Positions 38,477 to 47,678 of a DNA stretch of 64,000 bases are shown piece by piece (position 1 is the first letter of the stretch; the number at the start of each line of letters is the position of its first letter). The notes under the pieces are model-generated. The model was not told the origin of the DNA and did no database searches. It worked only from the letters and a program-made list of their open reading frames with translations. The position numbers and the translations under genes are program-made. Source of the DNA: Gemmatimonadota bacterium (GTDB taxonomy: Bacteria > Gemmatimonadota > Gemmatimonadetes > Palauibacterales > Palauibacteraceae); NCBI GenBank assembly GCA_039586095.1, contig JBDHLB010000003.1:66945-130944 (forward strand). Direction: 5' to 3'.

Positions 38477-39319
38477 TCAGGCGTGGGCGGCATCCGATTC
38501 GAACGCGAACGCACCGTACCCGACCACCTGCCCTCTGGACCCGGCCGTATCGCCGGAGTTGCGAAGATCCAGCGTCCGGGCCTTCAGTCTCCGCCTTCGC
38601 GCCATGTGCAGCAAGGCGCGGACCGGAACGGCGCCGCACGCCTGGTGAGCCTTGATGTCGTCTGGCTGCAGCTCCTCGATCGCGCGGGCCGTTCGAGCGT
38701 CCGTCCGGCGGGCCGACTCGTAGTCGAGGAAGTGGCTCAAGTCCGAGCTGACGATCAGGAGCGTTCCCTCCGTCCACACCGAGTCCAGGGCGCCGGCCAC
38801 GAGCTCCGGCCGGGCATCTCCCACGACGATGGGCAGGAAAGAGAACTCGTCGAGGGTTCGCTGCAGAAAGGGAAGGTGGACCTCCAGCGAGTGTTCGTCG
38901 GCGTGGGCGTCGTCCCGCATGGTCGCGCCGGGCAAGAGCACAAAGCGCTCTCGAGCTTCCGCATCCACCGCGACCTCGCCCAGAGGAGTCGCGAACGCGT
39001 CGACGGTCGGCACCGCCACGCCGTGGAAGGGGACGTGATGCGCCGGTCCCGCCAGCACGATCCGGGAGATCGATGGGGAAGCATCCGCCGTGCGCGTGTA
39101 CGCGCTCGCGGCGACCGGGCCCGAGTACACGTAACCGGCGTGCGGCGCGATGAGCGCTTCGAGGCGACCCGGCTTCCTGTAGGTCTCAAGGGCGGGTGTT
39201 CCTGGCGGGGAGGGCTGACAAGCGGCGGATTGCCGCAGGAGCGCATCGACCTCGTCGGCGAGCTGACGGGTGTCGGCGGGATAGAAGAGTCCGGCCACGG
39301 CCGGTCTTCGGACATTCAT
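38477..39319 (-). CDS. Memo-like protein (AmmeMemoRadiSam system protein B family)
   Basis: RRPAVAGLFYPAD...APHAGYVYSGPVAASAY...SSDLSHF...ACG motifs. Confidence 0.85.
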   Translation of the reverse strand: MNVRRPAVAGLFYPADTRQLADEVDALLRQSAACQPSPPGTPALETYRKPGRLEALIAPHAGYVYSGPVAASAYTRTADASPSISRIVLAGPAHHVPFHGVAVPTVDAFATPLGEVAVDAEARERFVLLPGATMRDDAHADEHSLEVHLPFLQRTLDEFSFLPIVVGDARPELVAGALDSVWTEGTLLIVSSDLSHFLDYESARRTDARTARAIEELQPDDIKAHQACGAVPVRALLHMARRRRLKARTLDLRNSGDTAGSRGQVVGYGAFAFESDAAHA

Positions 39320-39530
39320 GCGTCACCCTCCGCATCCGATCTACCGGTCAAAAGTACGACGCCACGCGGCAGGCACGCACCCGCGCGCTGGAGATCCATG
39401 AGTGACAGACCTCGCAGATGCGCGTATATGATGAAGGGTAGGCGTGCACGGCGCCGGAGACACATGAATCGAGCTGCGATGCGGGGTAGCGGCGAATGAT
39501 CCGGCGGCCCGGATCCCCAAGAGAGGAATC

Positions 39531-42314
39531 ATGGAGACAGCAGTAGGCCAGAAGTTCGTATACGCGTTTGCGGAAGGCGACGGCAAGAACAAGCAGCTTC
39601 TGGGCGGCAAGGGCGCGAACCTGTGCGAGATGACCCAGATCGGGCTCAAGGTGCCACCCGGCTTCGTCGTGACGACGGAGGCCTGCCTCGCCTATCTGGG
39701 TTCACCCGACAACGCGCTGCCCGACGGCCTGATGGAGCAGGTTCGGGAGGAGATGAGCGAGCTCGAGAGGCAGTCAGGCCGCCGTTTCGGGGATTCCGAG
39801 AACCCGCTGCTCGTCTCGGTGCGCTCGGGTTCGGCGATGTCGATGCCAGGGATGATGGACACGATTCTCAACCTGGGCCTCAACTCCGACACGCTGGCCG
39901 GTCTGGTCGAACAGACGCAGGACGCACGCTTCGCCTACGACGCCTACCGGCGGTTCATCCAGCTGTTCGGAAAGGTCGCGCTCGGGGTGCCCGACGAGCT
40001 GTTCGACGCCGAGTTCGAGATCGTGAAGCGCGAGGTCGGGGCAAAGCAGGACGTGGACCTGGTCGCGGATGACCTGGAGCAGATCAGCCGTCGCTTCCTT
40101 CAGGTCGTCGAGAACTACACGGGCACGCCTCTGCCGATGGATCCGCACGACCAGCTCGAGATCGCCATCAAGGCCGTGTTCGACTCGTGGATGGGCAAGC
40201 GAGCCGTCGACTACCGACGCGAATTCAACATCACGCCGGACATGGCCAACGGAACGGCCGTCAACGTGCTCACGATGGTGTTCGGCAACATGGGGGACGA
40301 CTGCTCGACCGGCGTGGCCTTTACCCGGAACCCGGGCACCGGCGAGAACGAGCTGTACGGCGAATATCTGGTGAATGCCCAAGGCGAAGACGTGGTGGCC
40401 GGGATCCGCACCCCGAAGCCGATCCACGAAATGGCCGACGAGATGCCCGAGCTGTACGAGGAGCTGGTCGACCTGCAGAAACGGCTCGAGGCACACTTCC
40501 ACGAGGTCCAGGACTTCGAGTACACGATCGAGCGGGGCACCCTGTACTGCCTGCAGACGCGTGACGGAAAGATGAACGCGTCGGCGCGCGTCACGACGTC
40601 CGTCGAGATGGAGCGAGAGGGGCTGCTGACCAAGGAAGAAGCCCTGCTGAGGGTGGAGGCCGAGCATCTCGAGCAGATCCTGTATCCGAGACTGGATCCT
40701 TCGTTCGACGGGCAGCCCCTGGCTACCGGCCTGGCGGCCTCGCCGGGGGCGGCGTTCGGCCAGGCGGTCTTCGACGCCGATCGTGCAGAGGCGCTGGGTC
40801 GAAAGGGCGTGAAGGTCATCCTGGTGCGTGAGGAGACCAAGCCCGAGGACATCCACGGCTTCTTCGCCTCGCAGGGTATTCTGACCAGCAGGGGCGGAAA
40901 GACCTCGCACGCCGCCGTCGTAGCCCGGGGTATGGGCAAGCCATGCGTGGCCGGTGCCGAGGGTCTGGAGGTCGACACGCAGCTCCGACGAGCCTTCGCC
41001 GGAGACGCGGTCGTCAAGGAGGGAGACGTCATCACGCTGGATGGGACGACGGGGCACATCTACCTCGGCGAGGTCCCGATGGTGGAAGCCGACTTCTCCG
41101 ACGATCTGAAGCAGCTGCTGGAGTGGGCGGACGCGACGGCACGACTCGACGTGCTGGCGAACGCGGACACCCCCGACGACGCGACCCGCGCGATCCGGTA
41201 CGGCGCCATGGGGATCGGGTTGTGTCGTACCGAGCGCATGTTCAACGCCTCCGACCGGCTGCCCATCGTGCTGGACATGATCGTCGCGGACACCCCGGAG
41301 GCACGTCAGGTAGCCCTCGATCGGCTGCTACCCATCCAGCGCGCCGACTTCAAGGCGATCTTCGAGGTCATGTCGCCCCGGCCGGTGATCATCCGGTTGC
41401 TCGACCCGCCGATCCACGAGTTCCTCCCGGCCGAGGATGTGTTGGTCGACGAGATCGCGAGCCTTCGGCAGCTGCGTTCGACGGCGCACGGAATGGACGT
41501 GCTGGCGAACACGATCCGGCTGCTGAGTCCGGCCGATCCGGAGTGGGCCACCGAATTCCCGAACGCCGTGCAGGAGCTGGCCGATGCCCGGGTGCTCGAC
41601 AAGCTGATCAGCCACAAGGAAGTCCTGCTCGCCCGGGCCCGCTCGCTGCACGAGATCAATCCGATGCTCGGTCATCGCGGCGTGCGGCTCGGCCTGACGT
41701 ATCCCGAGATCTATGCCATGCAGATCCGGGCCATTCTCGAGGCCACCGCTCTGTGCTTGAAGGAGGGCGTGGAGGTGCACCCGGAGATCATGGTGCCCCA
41801 GGTGGTGACGGCGCAGGAGTTGACCCGTGTGCGCTCGGACGTGGATGCCGTGCGCAAGGACGTGGAGTCCGCCCACGGTGTCACGCTCGATTTCAAGTTC
41901 GGCTCGATGATCGAGACCGTGCGGGCCTGTATGCGGGCGGAAGACCTGGCCAGCGTTGCCGAGTTCTTCTCGTTCGGGACGAACGACCTGACTCAGGCCA
42001 CCTTCTCGTTCAGCCGTGAGGACGCCGAGAACAAGTTCCTGCCGATGTACAACGAACGCGGGATCCTGCAGGACAATCCGTTCGAGGTACTGGATCGAAA
42101 GGGCGTGGCGAGACTGATGAAGCAGGCCGTCGAGTGGGGCCGGGACACGACGCCGGATCTCGAGGTGGGTATCTGCGGGGAGCACGGCGGACACCCGCTC
42201 TCGATCCAGTTCTGCCACGGCCTGGGGCTCGACTACGTCTCCTGTTCGCCGCCGCGGATCCCGATCGCCCGTCTGGCTGCGGCCCACGCGTCGATCAAGA
42301 ACGTGCAGTTCTGA
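39531..42314 (+). CDS. ppdK: pyruvate, phosphate dikinase
   Basis: FVYAFAEGDGKNKQLLGGKGANLCEMT, GGKTSHAAVVARGMGKPCV, and FFSFGTNDLTQ...GICGEHGG. Confidence 0.97.
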   Translation: METAVGQKFVYAFAEGDGKNKQLLGGKGANLCEMTQIGLKVPPGFVVTTEACLAYLGSPDNALPDGLMEQVREEMSELERQSGRRFGDSENPLLVSVRSGSAMSMPGMMDTILNLGLNSDTLAGLVEQTQDARFAYDAYRRFIQLFGKVALGVPDELFDAEFEIVKREVGAKQDVDLVADDLEQISRRFLQVVENYTGTPLPMDPHDQLEIAIKAVFDSWMGKRAVDYRREFNITPDMANGTAVNVLTMVFGNMGDDCSTGVAFTRNPGTGENELYGEYLVNAQGEDVVAGIRTPKPIHEMADEMPELYEELVDLQKRLEAHFHEVQDFEYTIERGTLYCLQTRDGKMNASARVTTSVEMEREGLLTKEEALLRVEAEHLEQILYPRLDPSFDGQPLATGLAASPGAAFGQAVFDADRAEALGRKGVKVILVREETKPEDIHGFFASQGILTSRGGKTSHAAVVARGMGKPCVAGAEGLEVDTQLRRAFAGDAVVKEGDVITLDGTTGHIYLGEVPMVEADFSDDLKQLLEWADATARLDVLANADTPDDATRAIRYGAMGIGLCRTERMFNASDRLPIVLDMIVADTPEARQVALDRLLPIQRADFKAIFEVMSPRPVIIRLLDPPIHEFLPAEDVLVDEIASLRQLRSTAHGMDVLANTIRLLSPADPEWATEFPNAVQELADARVLDKLISHKEVLLARARSLHEINPMLGHRGVRLGLTYPEIYAMQIRAILEATALCLKEGVEVHPEIMVPQVVTAQELTRVRSDVDAVRKDVESAHGVTLDFKFGSMIETVRACMRAEDLASVAEFFSFGTNDLTQATFSFSREDAENKFLPMYNERGILQDNPFEVLDRKGVARLMKQAVEWGRDTTPDLEVGICGEHGGHPLSIQFCHGLGLDYVSCSPPRIPIARLAAAHASIKNVQF

Positions 42315-42406
42315 GCGCGCGACCCCGGCGTACCCTGAGAATACTGACGCACGGCTTGCCTTTTCGTCTCGACACACCGATATTTTAGGCCGTCTTAAAT
42401 ATTGGA

Positions 42407-42425
42407 TTAGGTAGCTATTACCTGT
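42407..42425. promoter_or_regulatory. DtxR/MntR-type operator candidate (TTAGGTAGCTATTACCTGT)
   Basis: AGGTA-N5-TACCT inverted repeat in an AT-rich patch, directly 5' of the DtxR-family ORF. Matches 11 of 19 positions of the DtxR box TTAGGTTAGCCTAACCTAA as I recall it. A second weaker box, TTTTAGGCCGTCTTAAA, lies at about 42384. Confidence 0.4.
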
Positions 42426-42427
42426 GG

Positions 42428-43029
42428 GTGCGTCGAGGCAAGCCCATGAGTACTCAGAGCGGGAGCGGACTCAGCCGGTCGGGCGAGGATTACCTGAAGG
42501 CGATCTACGCGCTTCAGACGTCGTGCGGCGGCCCCGCCCAGACCAGCGCCATCGCGAACGCCCTCGAGGTGGCGCCTCCGTCGGTGAGCGGCATGGTCAA
42601 GCGCCTCTCCGACGCGGGCCTGCTCGAACACATCCCCTACCGTGGTGTGCGGCTCACGGTTGAGGGGCGACGGGCGGCGCTGCGCATGATGCGCCGGCAT
42701 CGGATCCTGGAGACCTACCTGACCACCAAGCTCGGGTACGACTGGGACTCGGTGCACGCCGAAGCCGAGCGTCTCGAGCACTGCCCGAAGGCAGCACCGC
42801 GGAGCTTCGGATGGTGAGCGACAAGGACGCCGAGCGCCTGCGGTACATCGGCTCCCTGGGGCTTCGGCCCGGGACGGAGTTCGAGATCGCGGCGCGCCAG
42901 CCCTTCAACGGACCGGTCACGATTCGTCTGAAGCGGGAGCCGGGTGACGGCGAACACGAGCAGGCGATCGGGCACGAGCAAGTGATCGGACACGAGCTCG
43001 CACGATCGCTTCTGTGCGTGGAGGACTGA
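42428..43029 (+). pseudogene. DtxR/MntR-family metalloregulator split across two reading frames
   Basis: Frame A (42428-42817) encodes the wHTH and dimerisation domain up to HAEAERLEH, then 11 unrelated aa and a stop. Frame B (42811-43029, open further upstream) encodes a FeoA/SH3-like C-terminal domain (ELRMVSDKDAERLRYIGSLGLRPGTEFEI...). Confidence 0.6.
42955..42996 (+). repeat. 18-nt tandem repeat, about 2.3 copies (CACGAGCAGGCGATCGGG / CACGAGCAAGTGATCGGA / CACGAG)
   Basis: Read directly from the sequence. Encodes HEQAIG-HEQVIG-HE near the C-terminus of the split regulator. Confidence 0.8.
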
Positions 43030-43030
43030 C

Positions 43031-44146
43031 GTGGTTCACCCCGGAATAGCCCTGTTGATCTTCGCGGTCGTGGTGACCCTGCTCGTCGTGCTGTTCTGGC
43101 CGACCCGCGGCCTGGTGCCGCGGCTCGCTCGCTACCGTCGCGTCACCGACCGTGTGCTTGCCGAGGACACGCTCAAGCACCTGTACAACTGCGAGTATGC
43201 GGGGACTCCGGCCACGGAGGAGAGCCTGGCGGGCGCCCTCGAGACATCCAGGCACGAGGCCGTCGGGCTGCTGAATCGTCTCCAGGAGCTCGAGTTCGTG
43301 CAGGTGGAAGGTGAGCGCGCGACACTCACCGACGAGGGTCGGCGCTATGCCCTGCGCGTGCTTCGCAGCCATCGCTTGTGGGAGACCTACCTTGCCGAGC
43401 GAACGGGCGTGGCGCCCAGCGAGTGGCACGCCCAGGCCGATCGCAAGGAGCACGTGCTGACGGGCGAGGAGGCGGAAGGCCTGGCTTCCCGTCTGGGCTA
43501 CCCCCTCTACGACCCTCACGGGGATCCGATCCCCACAGCCGCCGGGCGTGTCCCGCCCGCCCGAGGCATGCAGCTGACCGCCATCGAGCCCGGTCAGGCG
43601 GCTCGGATCATCCATCTGGAAGACGAGCCCGCCCAGCTGTTCGAAGCCATCGTCGGCGCGGGTCTGGGGCCGCTCATGTCCATCCGCCTGCTCGAGGCGA
43701 CGCCGTCGGCCGTGCGCGTCGAGGCGCAGGGGGTGGAGCACGTTCTCGACCCGGCCGTGGCCAGTCGTATTACCGTCGAACCGGTGGATGAGGAGACGGC
43801 GGAAGGCCCCACCGAGACACTGGCCGATCTGGACGAAGGCGAGCGCGGCTGGGTGGTCGGAATCTCCCGTCTGTGCCAGGGGCCGGCCCGCCGTCGCCTG
43901 CTGGATCTGGGTGTGGTGCCGGGCACGCTCGTGCGAGCGGAGCTGATGAGCACGGGCGGCGACCCGGTGGCCTACCGGATTCGCGGCGCCCTGATCGCGT
44001 TGCGCGACGACCAGGCATCGCTGGTCCGCATCGAGCGTGTGCCTGCCGACGAGCAGGCCGCCGCTTCGGATCGGCATGCGGCGGACGCGGTGGGGATCGG
44101 ATCGAGCGAGAGCGATCGCCTCCCACTCGAAGGCAGGGATGGCTAG
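43031..44146 (+). CDS. membrane-anchored DtxR-like domain fused to two FeoA domains
   Basis: N-terminal helix GIALLIFAVVVTLLVVLFWP. LRSHRLWETYL, H-x3-D-x2-EH, DPHGDPIP. Two SH3-like FeoA repeats. Stop overlaps the feoB start. Confidence 0.75.
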   Translation: MVHPGIALLIFAVVVTLLVVLFWPTRGLVPRLARYRRVTDRVLAEDTLKHLYNCEYAGTPATEESLAGALETSRHEAVGLLNRLQELEFVQVEGERATLTDEGRRYALRVLRSHRLWETYLAERTGVAPSEWHAQADRKEHVLTGEEAEGLASRLGYPLYDPHGDPIPTAAGRVPPARGMQLTAIEPGQAARIIHLEDEPAQLFEAIVGAGLGPLMSIRLLEATPSAVRVEAQGVEHVLDPAVASRITVEPVDEETAEGPTETLADLDEGERGWVVGISRLCQGPARRRLLDLGVVPGTLVRAELMSTGGDPVAYRIRGALIALRDDQASLVRIERVPADEQAAASDRHAADAVGIGSSESDRLPLEGRDG

Positions 44147-46404
44147 CATGGCGCGCACGGCGGCTCCCTGCCACGGCTGCGCAGCGAACCGCGAGGAAGC
44201 GCTGGTCCAGCTCGGCATCAGCCCCGACCGTTTCGACTACCTGGTCGCTCTCGCTGGAAACCCGAACACGGGCAAGAGCACCGTGTTCAATGCGCTCACG
44301 GGCCTGCGACAGCACACCGGGAATTGGCCGGGGAAGACGGTGGCGCGCGCCGAGGGCACCTACGGGGAGGACGAAGACCGCTTCAAGGTGGTCGATCTGC
44401 CCGGGACGTACTCTCTCCAGGCCGGGAGCCCCGACGAGGAGGTCGCTCGCGATTTTGTGCTGTTCGGGCGGCCGGACGTCACCGTCGTGGTGGTCGATGC
44501 GACCCGCCTCGAGCGGAACCTGAACCTCGTGCTGCAGATCCTCGAGATCACGGATCGGGTGGTCGTGTGTCTGAACCTGATGGACGAGGCCCGCCGGCAC
44601 GGCATCGCCGTCGACGAACGCAAGCTGGAGAAGGAGCTCGGCGTGCCGGTCATCCCGAGCGTGGCCCGGAGCGGCACGGGCATTCCGGAGCTGCGAGATG
44701 CGATCCGAAGGGTAGCTACGGGCGAGATCACCCCCGAGCCGTTTCGCATTGCAGAGTATCCGTCAGAGGTCGAACGAGCGCTCACCGAGCTGGTGCCCCT
44801 CGTACAGGACGCGTATCCGGAGCTGCCGAACGCCCGCTGGGTGAGCCTGCGCCTCCTGAACGCGGATCAACGGGTGGCCGACGCGGTGCGATCGGGTGAG
44901 ATCGGCCTGCTGGACTCCGACGATGCCGCGCTTGCCGTCGCCTGGTCGTCCGGTCGAGGCGGCGCGAGCCGGGCTTCGACGGCCGGCCCCCTGGCGGGCC
45001 CGGCCACCGGTCACGTCTCGAGGGAGCGCCACGCCCTCGACACAGGCGGGCCCGAGCTCCAGGGAAGCCAGGGAAGCGGGGGTGTCGCGGTCGCGGAGCC
45101 GTTTCCGGCGGTCGACTCGCTGGAGGCCGTCGGGCGGGTCGTGCTCGACCGGGCCGCCGCGCTCCGCTGGAAACTGAGCCCCGACTTTCATGACGCGCTG
45201 ATGGGGCGGTTCTACGAGGCAGCGCACGCGATCGCCGATCGTTCCAGTGCGGTCGGTCTGAGGAAGGCGAAGTTCGACCTGGATCGGACCCTGGACCGCC
45301 TGCTCACGAACCGCTGGCTCGGCTATCCGGTCATGCTGTTCATGCTGGCGGCCGTGTTCTGGATCACGATATCGGGTGCCAACGTCCCGTCGGGCCTTCT
45401 CGCGACGCTGCTCATCGACAACGTGCATCCGATGCTGCTCTCGTTCGGCGCCGGCCTGGGACTTCCCGGCTGGCTGAGCGGCCTCCTGTTCGACGGCGTG
45501 TACCTGGCGACAGCGTGGGTCGTGGCGGTGATGCTGCCGCCGATGGCCATCTTCTTCCCGCTCTTCACGCTGCTGGAGGACTTCGGCTACCTGCCGCGCG
45601 TCGCCTTCAACCTGGACAGCCTGTTCCGGCGGGCCGGCGCCCACGGAAAGCAGGCGCTCACCATGTGCATGGGCTTCGGCTGCAACGCTGCGGGCGTGGT
45701 GTCGACTCGGGTGATCGACAGCCCTCGCGAGCGGCTGATCGCGATCATCACGAACAACTTCTCGCTATGCAACGGGCGCTGGCCGACCCAGATCCTGCTG
45801 GCCACGATCTTCGTGGGGGCTCTGGTGCCGGCCCATCTGGCCGGTCTCGTGTCGGCGACGGCCGTGGTCGGCGTGGCGCTGCTGGGCGTCTTCGCGATGT
45901 TCGTCGCCTCGTGGCTCCTTTCCCGTACGATGTTGCGGGGCGAGGCAACCACCTTCAGCCTCGAGCTGCCCCCGTACCGGCCGCCACGGCTTCTTCAGAC
46001 GTTGTACACGTCGATCATCGACCGGACGCTGATCGTTCTGTGGCGCGCGGTCGTCTTCGCGGCGCCCGCGGGTGCCGTGATCTGGCTTGTCTCCAACATC
46101 TCTGTCGGTAATGCGAGTCTGGCGGAGCACTTCATCTCGTGGGCGAATCCGTTCGGGATCCTGCTCGGGCTGAACGGCGTGATCCTGCTGGCCTACGTGG
46201 TCTCGGACTGCAGGCTGGACGGCGCTCACAGGCATCAACGTCATGTTGTTCAGCTTGCTCCACAATCCGTGCTCCACGACCCTGTACACGATCTACCGGG
46301 AGACGGGAAGCGCGAAGTGGACCGTCGTATCGGCCCTCCTCCCGCTGGTCATGGGCTTCACGCTGTGCTTCGTGGTGGCGCAGGTATGGCGCTGGGTGGT
46401 CTAA
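44139..46404 (+). pseudogene. feoB: ferrous iron transporter FeoB, frame-disrupted near 46200-46215
   Basis: G domain GNPNTGKSTVFNALTG...DLPGTYSL. Membrane domain runs to ...[13 protein letters not shown] in one frame. The conserved C-terminus [36 protein letters not shown]... is in the +1 frame and ends with TAA at 46402-46404. The span is 2266 nt, not a multiple of 3. Confidence 0.7.
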
Positions 46405-46778
46405 GAGCGCCTCGAAGACAGCTCTTTGATTCGCATCAACTGCCCGGCGATCTCATCCACTGCTTTGTCGAGCGAGACCCCCAGCGCGGGGTCTACAGGA
46501 CCGACGGCCGCCAGAGAGGAAGAGCGGCAGTCGAGCACTCGCGTCCACCACACCGCCGACCAGAACTGCAGCTGATCGAGCGCGTCACGTTCCCTCACGG
46601 CCAGCGCGAGATCGAACCGCTGCGCGATGCCCTCGATCAGCTCGGCCAAGCGTCCCAGCTCCGCCCGAATGTCCTCTGCGGCCGGCTCGGCCTCCACCTG
46701 CCGCTCCAGTTCCTGCGCTTCCTCGAGCAAGCGACCGAACCGTACGGACAATCGCCGGCTTTGGCTTTCTCTCAGCAT
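46401..46778 (-). CDS. hypothetical helical protein
   Basis: ORF with plausible composition ([29 protein letters not shown]...). No family recognised. Converges on and overlaps the feoB stop. Confidence 0.4.
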   Translation of the reverse strand: MLRESQSRRLSVRFGRLLEEAQELERQVEAEPAAEDIRAELGRLAELIEGIAQRFDLALAVRERDALDQLQFWSAVWWTRVLDCRSSSLAAVGPVDPALGVSLDKAVDEIAGQLMRIKELSSRRS

Positions 46779-46828
46779 CCCTGCCTCGGGTCCATCCCTG
46801 CCTCGGATCGTTTTCGGGTTCGGCGAGA

Positions 46829-47251
46829 CTACTCGCCCACGAGTGCGACGGCCACGCGGCGTTTGCGGGGCCGCGTGTCGAAATCCAGCAGGACGACCTG
46901 CTGCCACGTGCCCAGTGGGACTTGCCCGTCGACGATCGGCAGCGCGAGCGAGGGGCCGATCAAACAGGCCCGAACGTGGCTGTGTCCGTTGTCATCGTGC
47001 CAGGTCTCCTCGTGCTCGTAACGACCATCCCGCGGAGCAATCCCTTCGAGGGCAGCCGAGATGTCGTGATGTACGAGCCCCGGTTCGTACTCGAGCGTAG
47101 AGAGCGCACCCGTCGAGCCGACGACCATCGCCGTGAGCTGCCCGCACTGAATTCCGCTCTGGCGTACGACCGTCTGCAATTCGGCCGTCAGATCCAGGAT
47201 GTGGTCGTCACCCTGCGTGTCGCGCGTAAGCATATGGCTATGAGTGATCAT
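46829..47251 (-). CDS. yjbQ: YjbQ/UPF0047 family protein
   Basis: DITAELQ...GQLTAMVVGSTGALSTLEYEPG...HVRACLIGPSLALPIVDGQVPLGTWQQVVLLDFD. Confidence 0.85.
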   Translation of the reverse strand: MITHSHMLTRDTQGDDHILDLTAELQTVVRQSGIQCGQLTAMVVGSTGALSTLEYEPGLVHHDISAALEGIAPRDGRYEHEETWHDDNGHSHVRACLIGPSLALPIVDGQVPLGTWQQVVLLDFDTRPRKRRVAVALVGE

Positions 47252-47355
47252 GGTTCTGCCCGCACCTCGCTTTCAGCCAGTCGGAGCGACCCGATCCCGC
47301 ACATGCCCGGAACATGCGTCCATCCGCCCGGTAAAGCCGGATGAAGGAGACGAGC

Positions 47356-47595
47356 ATGCCATACTACGACTATTACTGTGCAGCCAACGACCGGACGGTG
47401 GAAGTCCGGCACTCCATGTCGGAGACGTTGCGGACGTGGGGCGAGTTGTGCGAGCGCGCCGGGCTGTCGACGGACGAGACACCTGCCGACGCAGCGATCG
47501 AGCGCAAGGTAACGGCCGGCGTCCCGCTGACCGGCCGCTCGGCCGGGTCTCCGCCTGAGGCTTGCGGTCCATCCTGTGCCTGCGCCTGGGACTGA
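47356..47595 (+). CDS. FmdB-like zinc-ribbon family small protein
   Basis: AAGGAG 7 nt upstream of the ATG. MPYYDYYCAANDRTVEVRHSMSE... resembles the FmdB-family N-terminus. C-terminal CGPSCAC. Confidence 0.55.
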   Translation: MPYYDYYCAANDRTVEVRHSMSETLRTWGELCERAGLSTDETPADAAIERKVTAGVPLTGRSAGSPPEACGPSCACAWD

Positions 47596-47678
47596 CGCCA
47601 CTCGACATTCATCGCGGTGCCCCTGAGATTCTTCATTCCTGAGCTGTCCAAACCACTTTACCACAGGAGTGAAGACTC

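Noticed and set aside
38477-39319. A complete AmmeMemoRadiSam system
   Set aside because: Only the Memo-like component is present. No AMMECR1 or dedicated radical-SAM partner is adjacent. The anSME at 8415 is a different family and lies 29 kb away.
46405-47021. Continuation of the 994-aa feoB ORF (44037-47021) past 46404
   Set aside because: After about 46203 this frame loses all FeoB and membrane character. It also runs antisense through two convergent genes. The genuine FeoB C-terminus is in the +1 frame and stops at 46404.
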